Source: a bacterium
GTDB lineage: Bacteria; Krumholzibacteriota; Krumholzibacteriia; LZORAL124-64-63
Direction of reading: 5' to 3'
NCBI GenBank assembly: GCA_031441465.1
Contig: JANOEP010000031.1
Location: forward strand, 1 to 24,616
DNA: 24,616 nucleotides
Position 1 is the stretch's first letter; every line of letters starts with the position of its first letter. This document shows, in pieces, positions 8,352 through 16,144 of the stretch. Both the position numbers and the translations under genes were made by a program. The notes below the pieces were generated by a model. It saw only the letters and a list, made by a program, of their open reading frames with translations, had not been told where the DNA came from and made no database searches.

Positions 8352-10451
8352 ATGCTGCGTTCGTTGTATTCCGGCATCACGGGCCTGTCGGCCAACTCGA
8401 TCGCGCTGGACGTGATCGGCAACAACATCGCCAACGCCAACACCGTGGGCTACAAGTCGTCGCGGGTGACCTTCCGCGAGATGCTGACCCAGACGATCCG
8501 ACCGTCGCAGCGGCCGGTCTCCGGCAGCCGCGGCGGCGTCAACGCCCAGCAGGTCGGGCTCGGAGCATCGGTGGCCAGCATCGACTCGCGCTTCACGCAG
8601 GGACACCTCGAGAACACGGGCCTGGTCAACGACCTCGCCCTGCAGGGCGACGGCTTCTTCGTGCTGAGTGACGGGGCCGGTCGCTACTACACCCGGTCGG
8701 GCGCCTTCGGCCTCGACGCCAACAACTACTTCGTCGATCCCGGCACCGGCCTGCACCTGCAGGGCCTGATGGCCGACGACGACGGCGTCGTGCAGCCGGG
8801 AGCCTACGGGGACCTGTTCCTCGATCCCGGCCGCACGGTCCCGGCCCTGTCCTCGACCGAGGTACGGCTGTTCGGCAATCTGAATTCCGACGCCGAGGCG
8901 CAGGGCTCGATCATGGAGTCGTCGCATTTCATGGCGGCGGCCGCGGGCACGGACCTGCTGACCGAACTCTACGGACAGAGCGGCAGCGCCATGTCCCTGC
9001 TGGCGAACGACCAGATCTCCCTGACCGGTCTGATCTCCGGCGCGTCGGGCTCGAACACGCTGAACCTTCCGGCCTTCGAGGTCGGCACCGACGGCACCAC
9101 GCTGGCCGACATCGTGGCCTGGATCCAGACTTCGCTGGAGTCGCTGCCCGATCTGGCGGCGGGCGAGGTCGCGGTTAGCATCGCCGCCGACGGCTCGGTC
9201 TCCCTGAACAACACCAGCGCCGGCACGGCGCTGCAGAACCTGCAGCTGACCATCCCGGGCCGCCTCGATTTCAACCAGTCCTTCCGTTTCAGCCCCAGCA
9301 TCGGGCCGGGCGGCTCCGGCACGACCTACGACGCGACGCGCTCGGCCGGCCAGATCCGCGCGGCGGCGACCACCGACGACCTGCTCACGGCCGTCTACAA
9401 CAGCCGCGGCCAGTCGCTGGGCCTGAACGTGTCGGCCACGAACCCGAGCACCACGATCCTGATCGGCGGCTCGGTGGGTGAGCACCAGGCGCCGTCGAAC
9501 AGCATGTCGGTGGACGCCGCCACGACGTTCGGCGACCTGATGACGGGCTTGCAGATCGCGCTGGGCATCTCCACGTCGCCGGTCAGCCTGGACTCCGAGG
9601 GCCGCATCGTCATGAACGGCGAGGTCGGCATCGACAACGCCCTCGGGCAGGTGGACATCCGCGAGGTGGGCGAGGTCAACCCGACGCTGGAGACCTCGTT
9701 CGGCTTCGTCGAGACCCAGGAGGCCGACGACGGCAGCGAGTTCACCGCCTCGGCCACCGTCTACGACTCGCTCGGCGACGTCCACAACGTCCTGTTCACC
9801 TTCACGAAGGTCATCGGCCGCAACGAGTGGAACTGGGTCGCCGAGATGGAGGGCGACGAGGTGATGGTCGGCGGCAACACCGGCACGGCCAGTTTCGCCG
9901 AGACCGGCGAGATCGTCGCCTTCCGGTACACCGACGACGCGGGCGGGCTGTCCTTCCGTCCCCAGGCCGACGGGACGACCGGCGCGCTGCCCATCACGCT
10001 GCAGATCGACGCTGGCCAGTTCGGCGGCCTCAGCGGCCTGACCCAGTACGCCGCCAACGAGACCCTGCAGACGATCGCCGACGGCCACACCGTCGGCTCG
10101 CTGCTCGACTACGAGATCAACGCCGACGGCATCATCATCGGCCGGTTCTCGAACGACACGGTGCAGACGCTCGGCCAGATCGGCCTGGCGAGGTTCTCCA
10201 ACATCCAGGGCCTGCTGCGGACCGAGGGCAACACCTTCCAGGTCAGCGGCAACTCCGGCCTGGCGATCGAGGGCTTCGCCGGCGGCGAGTCGGACACGTT
10301 CATCACGTCGGGCGCCCTCGAGGGCTCCAACGTGGACCTGACCCAGGAGCTGACGAACATGGTGATCGCCCAGCGCGCCTTCCAGGCCAACGCGAAGGTC
10401 ATCACCACCGGGGACCAGATCCTGCAGGACATCGTCTCGATGGTCCGCTAG
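8352..10451 (+). CDS. flgE: Flagellar hook protein FlgE, large form (699 aa)
   Basis: MLRSLYSGITGL....LDVIGNNIANANTVGYK, DLALQGDGFF, YTRSGAF, VYDSLG..H and GALEGSNVDL.QELTNMVIAQRAFQANAKVITT. ATG 8352 follows an AAGGAGG RBS. Confidence 0.96.
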   Translation: MLRSLYSGITGLSANSIALDVIGNNIANANTVGYKSSRVTFREMLTQTIRPSQRPVSGSRGGVNAQQVGLGASVASIDSRFTQGHLENTGLVNDLALQGDGFFVLSDGAGRYYTRSGAFGLDANNYFVDPGTGLHLQGLMADDDGVVQPGAYGDLFLDPGRTVPALSSTEVRLFGNLNSDAEAQGSIMESSHFMAAAAGTDLLTELYGQSGSAMSLLANDQISLTGLISGASGSNTLNLPAFEVGTDGTTLADIVAWIQTSLESLPDLAAGEVAVSIAADGSVSLNNTSAGTALQNLQLTIPGRLDFNQSFRFSPSIGPGGSGTTYDATRSAGQIRAAATTDDLLTAVYNSRGQSLGLNVSATNPSTTILIGGSVGEHQAPSNSMSVDAATTFGDLMTGLQIALGISTSPVSLDSEGRIVMNGEVGIDNALGQVDIREVGEVNPTLETSFGFVETQEADDGSEFTASATVYDSLGDVHNVLFTFTKVIGRNEWNWVAEMEGDEVMVGGNTGTASFAETGEIVAFRYTDDAGGLSFRPQADGTTGALPITLQIDAGQFGGLSGLTQYAANETLQTIADGHTVGSLLDYEINADGIIIGRFSNDTVQTLGQIGLARFSNIQGLLRTEGNTFQVSGNSGLAIEGFAGGESDTFITSGALEGSNVDLTQELTNMVIAQRAFQANAKVITTGDQILQDIVSMVR

Positions 10452-10549
10452 CGGGCCTGACCGGCGGGCGAGGAGCCGGTCCGGGAGGTCGTGCAGCCGG
10501 CCGGTGACTGCCGCGCCGCACGCGCAGCCAACAACGACGGGAGAGGGAC

Positions 10550-11167
10550 ATGGCCGAAGAGGAAGTCAAGCAGGAGCAGCAGGAAAAGCCCAAGAAGGCG
10601 GGCGGCAAGCTGTTCGAGAACAAGCTCGTGCTGCTGGCCGTGATCATCGTGGTGCAGGCCGCCCTGGCGGTCGGCGTCACCCAGTTCGTGATCGTGCCCA
10701 AGCTCCAGAACCTGGGCGGCGGGGACCAGATGGCCCAGTCCGAGGGCGGGGCGGGCGGCGAACACGGCACGACCGGCGAGCAGGGCAAGTCCGAGGGGAA
10801 GGGCAAGTCCGGCGGGCACGGCAAGCCCGGGAAGCACGGCGCGGCGGGTTCGCTCAGCGGGCGCGGCGCGCTCGTCAGCCTCAACGAAGTGACGGTCTCG
10901 CTGCGCTCCGACGGCGCGGTGACGAGCTTCCTGCGGATCAGCGTGGATCTCGAGGTTCCCGACCCGGAAAAGGTGCTGCTCGTCGAGGAGCGCCTGCCGC
11001 ACCTGCGGGACATCGTCATCGCCTCGCTGTCGAACAAGTTCGCCGCCGACCTGCGCTCGCTGGAAGGCAAGGAGGCCCTGAAGGCCGAACTGATGCGCAA
11101 GCTGGGCGAGGCCCTGCCGGAGGCCGGGCTGATGAACATCTACTTCTCCGACCTGGTCGTGCAGTGA
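10550..11167 (+). CDS. fliL: Flagellar basal body-associated protein FliL
   Basis: Charged N-terminus, single TM, Gly/Lys/His-rich linker and C-terminal P.LRD.VI..LS.K...DL.S.EGKE.LK.EL...L....IYFSDLVVQ. Confidence 0.92.
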   Translation: MAEEEVKQEQQEKPKKAGGKLFENKLVLLAVIIVVQAALAVGVTQFVIVPKLQNLGGGDQMAQSEGGAGGEHGTTGEQGKSEGKGKSGGHGKPGKHGAAGSLSGRGALVSLNEVTVSLRSDGAVTSFLRISVDLEVPDPEKVLLVEERLPHLRDIVIASLSNKFAADLRSLEGKEALKAELMRKLGEALPEAGLMNIYFSDLVVQ

Positions 11168-11194
11168 CCGGGACGAAACGAGCCGGGAGTTGAC

Positions 11195-12193
11195 ATGAGC
11201 GATCCGCAGCAGGGGCGGGATGCCGCCCTGGACGAACTTCTGGAGCAGGACGACACCGGCGGCGAGCGGGCGGCGGTCGACGCGGCGGCGGCCCTGGTGC
11301 TGGGCGTGTCCGCCTCGTCGTCCTTCGACTTCAGCCGACCGACCAAGATCTCGCGGCAGTTCGAGAAGAACCTGATCACCTTCGCCGAGGCCTTCGCCAA
11401 GTCGTCGTCGCTGGGCCTGACCAGCATGCTGCGGGCGAACACGGGCATCGGCTACCGGGGCCTGGAGGTCATGAACTTCGGCGAGTTCGTGGGAACGATG
11501 CCGCCGGTGACCTGCGCGGTGAACATCGGGCTGGCGCCCCTGAACGGCCTGTCCCTGCTCCACTTCGACGCGGGCATGATCTACCTGATGATGATGCGCC
11601 TGCTCGGCGGCCCCATCGAGGCCTGCCGCGTCGAGCGCAAGTTCTCCGACATCGAGCTGGGCGTCGCGCGCCTGGTGATCGACAAGCTGCTCGGGCACAT
11701 CGCCGAGGGCGCCGAGAAGCTCGTCACGATGCAGCCGACCTTCGTGCACCTGGAGAACAACCCGGCCTACATCACCACCGTGACCGCGGGCGAACCCGTC
11801 CTGCTGGTCCGGTTCGAGATCGGCATCGAGGAGTTGAAGGGTCCGCTGGTCCTGTGCATCCCGCTGACGGCCTTCGAACCGGTCTGGCACCGCTTCGACC
11901 CCGAGGAGAATTCCGAATTCCGCACACCGGACGAGGTGCGACGGGACCGGCAATTGCTATTCGAGGTGGTCAAGGGCGCGACGGCCGACGTGGTCGTCAA
12001 CCTGGCGGACGTGAACCTCACGTTCGAAAGCATCCTCGATCTGAAGGAGGGGGACGTGCTGCCGCTGTACAAGTCGCTGCAGTCGCCCCTGGTGCTGGAA
12101 GTCCAGGGCAAGCCCATGTTCCGCGGCTTGACCGGCAAACTGAACCAGTGCCGCGCCCTGAAGCTCACCGAACGTCTGGAAGAAGAGGAGTAG
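11195..12193 (+). CDS. fliM: Flagellar motor switch protein FliM (divergent)
   Basis: FDFSRP.KIS, CheC-like middle region (F.EF...MP, RLLGG, R.FSDIE, E.NP, LCIP...EP) and C-terminal SpoA domain (L.LKEGDVL.L). Position between fliL and fliN. Confidence 0.9.
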   Translation: MSDPQQGRDAALDELLEQDDTGGERAAVDAAAALVLGVSASSSFDFSRPTKISRQFEKNLITFAEAFAKSSSLGLTSMLRANTGIGYRGLEVMNFGEFVGTMPPVTCAVNIGLAPLNGLSLLHFDAGMIYLMMMRLLGGPIEACRVERKFSDIELGVARLVIDKLLGHIAEGAEKLVTMQPTFVHLENNPAYITTVTAGEPVLLVRFEIGIEELKGPLVLCIPLTAFEPVWHRFDPEENSEFRTPDEVRRDRQLLFEVVKGATADVVVNLADVNLTFESILDLKEGDVLPLYKSLQSPLVLEVQGKPMFRGLTGKLNQCRALKLTERLEEEE

Positions 12194-12196
12194 GAG

Positions 12197-12604
12197 ATGG
12201 CCGACGGCATCCAGAACAACGTCTTCGGGAACGGCGCCACGGCCGTGGCCGACGCGGACCCCGCGGCCCGGCCGCAGGGCCTGAACCCCGACCAGATGCG
12301 CCCCGCCGAGCCGGAGGACGACCTCGCCGCCATCGCGCCCGAGATCCGCAACATCGGCGTCCTGCTGGACATCGACATGAAGCTGACCGTCGAGCTGGGG
12401 CGGGCCCGGATGAAGATCCGCGACATCATGAACCTGAGCCCGGGCGCCGTGGTCGAACTGGGCAAGGCGCCCAACGAGCCCGTGGACATCATGGTCAACG
12501 GCGTCCTGCTGGCCCGCGGCGAGGTCGTCGTGGTGGACGAGCAGTTCGCGGTGCGCATCTCCAAGCTGCTCAGCCGCACCGAGCGCATCAAGAGGCTGAC
12601 CTGA
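12197..12604 (+). CDS. fliN: Flagellar motor switch protein FliN
   Basis: SpoA domain NIGVLLDIDMKLTVELGRARMKIRDIMNL.PG.VVEL.K...EPVDIMVNG.LLARGEVVVVDEQFAVRI. Confidence 0.95.
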   Translation: MADGIQNNVFGNGATAVADADPAARPQGLNPDQMRPAEPEDDLAAIAPEIRNIGVLLDIDMKLTVELGRARMKIRDIMNLSPGAVVELGKAPNEPVDIMVNGVLLARGEVVVVDEQFAVRISKLLSRTERIKRLT

Positions 12605-12605
12605 C

Positions 12606-12983
12606 ATGCCGGGCGCGAGCGCGACGCTGCCTTTCCTGGCCGTCCAGACCGCTGCCGGCGGCCTGGCCTGGCTGAAGCTGGTCGGCGGGCTGGTCGTCGT
12701 CTTCACGCTGCTGTTGCTGTTCCTGAAGCTGCTCGGGCGACTCCAGGGCGGACGCTCCGGCGCCGCCGCCGCCATGATCTCCGTGCACGCCGTGGGGCCG
12801 CGCCGCGCCGTCGAGCTGCTGCGCTGCGGCGACGAGGTCTTCACGCTGTACCGCCACGACCAGTCCGTCGTGCTGCTCGACCGCGCTCCCTACGACCCGG
12901 TTCGCCACACGCCCCCTGCGCCCGCGCTGCCGGTCGGCGGTCTCCTGGACCGCCTGCGCACGCGGCGCGGGAACGCCGGCTGA
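12606..12983 (+). CDS. fliO: Flagellar biosynthesis protein FliO (divergent)
   Basis: One TM (LVGGLVVVFTLLLLFLKLL) followed by a FliO-like beta region (...VGPRRAVELLRCGDEVFTL). Position between fliN and fliP. Confidence 0.7.
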   Translation: MPGASATLPFLAVQTAAGGLAWLKLVGGLVVVFTLLLLFLKLLGRLQGGRSGAAAAMISVHAVGPRRAVELLRCGDEVFTLYRHDQSVVLLDRAPYDPVRHTPPAPALPVGGLLDRLRTRRGNAG

Positions 12984-13092
12984 CCTGAGCACCCCCGCGA
13001 CACCGCTGAACCGTTCCTGACCGCCCGGTGGCCGCAAGATGGCCACGGGACCCGTCCGCCGCCTCCGGGACCGCGATTCCCGCCCGCCCGCC

Positions 13093-13109
13093 CTGGCACG
13101 CCCATTGCG
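13093..13109 (+). promoter_or_regulatory. Sigma-54 -24/-12 promoter upstream of fliP
   Basis: CTGGCACGCCCATTGCG is an almost perfect YTGGCACG-N4-TTGC match, located in the 165-nt fliO-fliP intergenic gap. Confidence 0.82.
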
Positions 13110-13148
13110 TTGCCGCGTCCCGGCACCGACACCGCAAAGGCAGGTAAC

Positions 13149-13940
13149 TTGAAGACCGGACTGCTTGTCATCGTCCTGGGGCTCGTCTTGGCGGCCCTGG
13201 TCGCCTCGGTCCCGGCGGCCCAGGCCCAGTCGACCGCCCAGACCCAGTCGGCCGCGGCCGGTCCCGGCTCCAGTTTCAACCTGACGCTCGGGGGCGCCGA
13301 AGGCGGCGCCCGCCTGGACGTCGCGGTCGAGATCGTCCTGCTGATGACCCTGATCTCGCTGGCGCCGGCCCTGCTGGTGCTGCTGACGAGCTTCACGCGG
13401 ATCATCATCGTGCTGGGCTTCCTGCGGCAGGCCATGGGCACCAACCAGATGCCCGCCAACCAGATCCTGATCGGCCTGGCCCTGTTCCTGACCTTCGTGA
13501 TCATGGCGCCCGTCGGCACGAAGATCCAGCAGGACGCGCTGAAGCCCTACCTGGCCGAGGAGATCAGCCAGGGCGAGGCCCTCAAGCGCGCCGAGGGGCC
13601 GCTCAAGGAGTTCATGCTGGGGCAGACGCGCGAGAAGGACATCGCCCTGTTCCTCGAACTGACCAACCGCGAGGCCCCCGAACAGCCGGAGGATCTGCCC
13701 CTGCTGGTGGTGGTGCCGAGCTTCGTGATCAGCGAGCTGAAGACGGCTTTCCAGATCGGCTTCGTGCTGTTCCTGCCGTTCTTGATCATCGACATGGTGG
13801 TGGCCTCGGTCCTGATGTCGATGGGCATGATGATGCTGCCGCCGGTGCTGATCAGCCTGCCGTTCAAGGTGCTGCTCTTCGTGCTGGTGGACGGCTGGTA
13901 CCTGATCGTCCGCTCGCTCGTGATGGGCTTCCAGAACTGA
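13149..13940 (+). CDS. fliP: Flagellar export gate protein FliP (with N-terminal signal peptide)
   Basis: TSFTRIIIVLGFLRQAMG..Q.P.NQ.LIGLALFLT, PSF.ISELKTAFQIGF..FLPFL.ID.VVASVLMSMGMMMLPP..ISLPFK.LLFVLVDGW. The start is placed at TTG 13149 (RBS AAGGCAGGT, giving signal peptide MKTGLL...AQA), because TTG 13110 would lie upstream of the transcript predicted from the sigma-54 site. Confidence 0.96.
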   Translation: MKTGLLVIVLGLVLAALVASVPAAQAQSTAQTQSAAAGPGSSFNLTLGGAEGGARLDVAVEIVLLMTLISLAPALLVLLTSFTRIIIVLGFLRQAMGTNQMPANQILIGLALFLTFVIMAPVGTKIQQDALKPYLAEEISQGEALKRAEGPLKEFMLGQTREKDIALFLELTNREAPEQPEDLPLLVVVPSFVISELKTAFQIGFVLFLPFLIIDMVVASVLMSMGMMMLPPVLISLPFKVLLFVLVDGWYLIVRSLVMGFQN

Positions 13941-13962
13941 ACCACGGAGGCGAAAGGACGCC

Positions 13963-14226
13963 ATGACCGCCGAAACCGTCGTCGAACTGGGGCAGCTCGC
14001 CCTCAAGACCACCCTGCTGGTGTCCGGCCCCATGCTGGCCGCCGGCATGGTCGTGGGCCTGATCATCAGCGTCTTCCAGGCGGCGACGCACATCAACGAG
14101 ATGACCATGACCTTCGTGCCGAAGATCCTGGCCGTGTTCCTGGTGCTGATCATCTCGCTGCCCTTCATCATCCAGCAGATGACCTCCTTCACCCTGGACA
14201 TCTTCGAACGCATCGGGGCGATGTGA
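13963..14226 (+). CDS. fliQ: Flagellar export gate protein FliQ
   Basis: P.L..GMVVGLIISVFQAATHINEMT.TFVPKI, 87 aa. Confidence 0.96.
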   Translation: MTAETVVELGQLALKTTLLVSGPMLAAGMVVGLIISVFQAATHINEMTMTFVPKILAVFLVLIISLPFIIQQMTSFTLDIFERIGAM

Positions 14227-14227
14227 G

Positions 14228-15019
14228 ATGAACCTGCCGGTGTCGCTCGACTTCACCTGGCTGGTCCTGACCCTGGTGCTGACGCTGCGCCTGTCCATCC
14301 TGCTCGCGATGCTGCCGCTGCTGTCGGGCACGTCGGTGCCGCCGCTGTGGCGCATCGCGGTGGCGGTCGTCATCGGGGCGGCGGCCGCGCCGGCCGTCGC
14401 GGCCCAGCTGCCGCCGGGTTCGCTGGACCTCACCTGGGAAGCGCTGGCCGCCGAGGGGCTGCGGTCGTTGACCGTGGGCGCCCTGCTGGCCTTCACGGCC
14501 GGCGTCCCGTTCGCCGCCGTGCGCTTCGCCGGCGAGCTGATCGGCGTCCAGATCGGCTTCTCCATGGTCAACACGATCGACCCCCAGGGGATGGGTCAGG
14601 TCTCGGTGCTGGCGAACCTCTACTACCTGCTGGCGGTGATGATCTTCTTCGCCGTCGACGGGCACCACACCCTGATCTCGGTGTGCGCCCAGTCCTGCGT
14701 GCTGGTGCCGCCGATGCAGCCGATCTCGCTGGAGGCGGGGTCCTGGCTCGTCGTGCAGGAGTTCGCCGGCTTCTTCGAACTGGGCCTGCGCATCGCGGCC
14801 CCGGTCGCGGTGGTGCTGCTGCTGGTGAGCGTCGCCATGGGCTTCGTGGTCAAGACGGTGCCCCAGATCAACATCCTGGTGGTGGGTTTCCCCATCACCA
14901 TCGCCGTCGGCCTGGCGACGATGGGGCTGTCCCTGGTCTTTTTCGGCCAGGTGATGGGATCGATGCTCGCCGATCTGGAAACGCGCTTCGGCGCCGTCCT
15001 GGGCGCGCTGCAGGGTTGA
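14228..15019 (+). CDS. fliR: Flagellar export gate protein FliR
   Basis: Multi-TM protein with AGELIG.QIGF......DP, DGHH.LI and LRIAAP......L......G.V.KTVPQINIL.VGFPI. Confidence 0.95.
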   Translation: MNLPVSLDFTWLVLTLVLTLRLSILLAMLPLLSGTSVPPLWRIAVAVVIGAAAAPAVAAQLPPGSLDLTWEALAAEGLRSLTVGALLAFTAGVPFAAVRFAGELIGVQIGFSMVNTIDPQGMGQVSVLANLYYLLAVMIFFAVDGHHTLISVCAQSCVLVPPMQPISLEAGSWLVVQEFAGFFELGLRIAAPVAVVLLLVSVAMGFVVKTVPQINILVVGFPITIAVGLATMGLSLVFFGQVMGSMLADLETRFGAVLGALQG

Positions 15020-15068
15020 ATCCATCCGGCCGGGTCCACCGGCCGCCGACGCAGGGAGGTGAGGGACG

Positions 15069-16130
15069 ATGTCGGACGCACCGGGAGGCGAGAGGACCGA
15101 GAAGGCGACACCGCGACGGCGGGAAAAGGCGCTGGAGAAGGGCCAGGTCGCGCTGAGCCAGGAGGTCAACAGCGCCCTGGTGCTCCTGGCGGGGTTCTCG
15201 CTGCTGTTCGCCGGCACCGGCTCGATGGGCCGGATCCTCAACGACAACGCGCGCTACCTGCTCGGCGAGGCGCACCTCTTCCGGCTGGACAGCCCCTTCG
15301 CCCTGGCCGAGTTCGCGGCGGCCAACGTCATGGTCCTGGTGCGGGCGGTGGCGCCGGTGGCCGGCGGGATCATGGTGGTGGGCCTGCTCGCCAACCTCAT
15401 GCAGGTCGGCTGGCACGTGAACCTCTCGGCCATGGACTTCCGGTTCGACAACATCAACCCCCTGAACGGCCTCAAGGGCATGTTCAGCCGCAAGATGACC
15501 TTCGAGCTGATCAAGAGCCTCGTGAAGATCCTGCTGATCGGGGCCGTGGCCTGGTGGACGGTGGCCTCCCTCGGCGGGGAACTGATGGGGATCGCGATGC
15601 TGCCCCTGACGGGCGCGGCGTCCGTGGGCTGGCACACGCTCGCCAAGCTCGTCTACCGCCTGGCCGCCCTGATGGCGCTGCTGGCCGCGGTCGACTGGGC
15701 GTTCCAGAAGTGGCAGTACGAGGAAAACCTCCGGATGACCAAGCAGGAGGTCATCGAGGAGAACAAGGACGTCGAGGGCGATCCCCAGATCAAGGCCCGC
15801 ATGCGCGCCATCCAGATCGAGGCGCTGCGCAAGCGCATGATGGCCGAGATCCCGCTCGCCGACGTGGTGTTGACCAACCCGACCCACTTCGCCGTGGCCC
15901 TGAAGTACAAGGACGGGGAGGCGGCGCCCCGCGTGGTGGCCAAGGGCCAGGACCACCTGGCGCAGACGATCAAGCGCATCGCCCGCGAGAATCGAGTTCC
16001 GGTCATCGAGAACAAGCCGTTGGCACGCGCCCTGCATAAGCTCGTCAAGGTCGGGGCGTTCATCCCCGACGATCTGTACCAGGCCGTCGCCGAGGTGCTG
16101 GCCTACGTCTACCGCTTGAAACGGGCCTGA
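15069..16130 (+). CDS. flhB: Flagellar export substrate-switch protein FlhB
   Basis: ERTEKATPRRR..A.EKGQV..S.E, MTKQEV.EE.KD.EGDPQIK.R.R and an intact autocleavage motif NPTH (nt 15876-15887). Confidence 0.97.
   Translation: MSDAPGGERTEKATPRRREKALEKGQVALSQEVNSALVLLAGFSLLFAGTGSMGRILNDNARYLLGEAHLFRLDSPFALAEFAAANVMVLVRAVAPVAGGIMVVGLLANLMQVGWHVNLSAMDFRFDNINPLNGLKGMFSRKMTFELIKSLVKILLIGAVAWWTVASLGGELMGIAMLPLTGAASVGWHTLAKLVYRLAALMALLAAVDWAFQKWQYEENLRMTKQEVIEENKDVEGDPQIKARMRAIQIEALRKRMMAEIPLADVVLTNPTHFAVALKYKDGEAAPRVVAKGQDHLAQTIKRIARENRVPVIENKPLARALHKLVKVGAFIPDDLYQAVAEVLAYVYRLKRA
16020..16037 (+). promoter_or_regulatory. Putative sigma-54 -24/-12 promoter embedded in the 3' end of flhB (upstream of flhA)
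   Basis: TTGGCACGCGCCCTGCAT has GG(16022-23)-N10-GC(16034-35), is built from TTG/GCA/CAT codons and lies ~110 nt before the flhA start. Confidence 0.65.
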
Positions 16131-16144
16131 GACCCGAAGGTTGA

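Noticed and set aside
13028..13046. GTGGCC-N7-GGCCAC inverted repeat as an enhancer (UAS) for the fliP promoter
   Set aside because: It has only 6-bp GC-rich arms, lies closer to the promoter than typical UAS elements, and is not seen upstream of the other three sigma-54 motifs.
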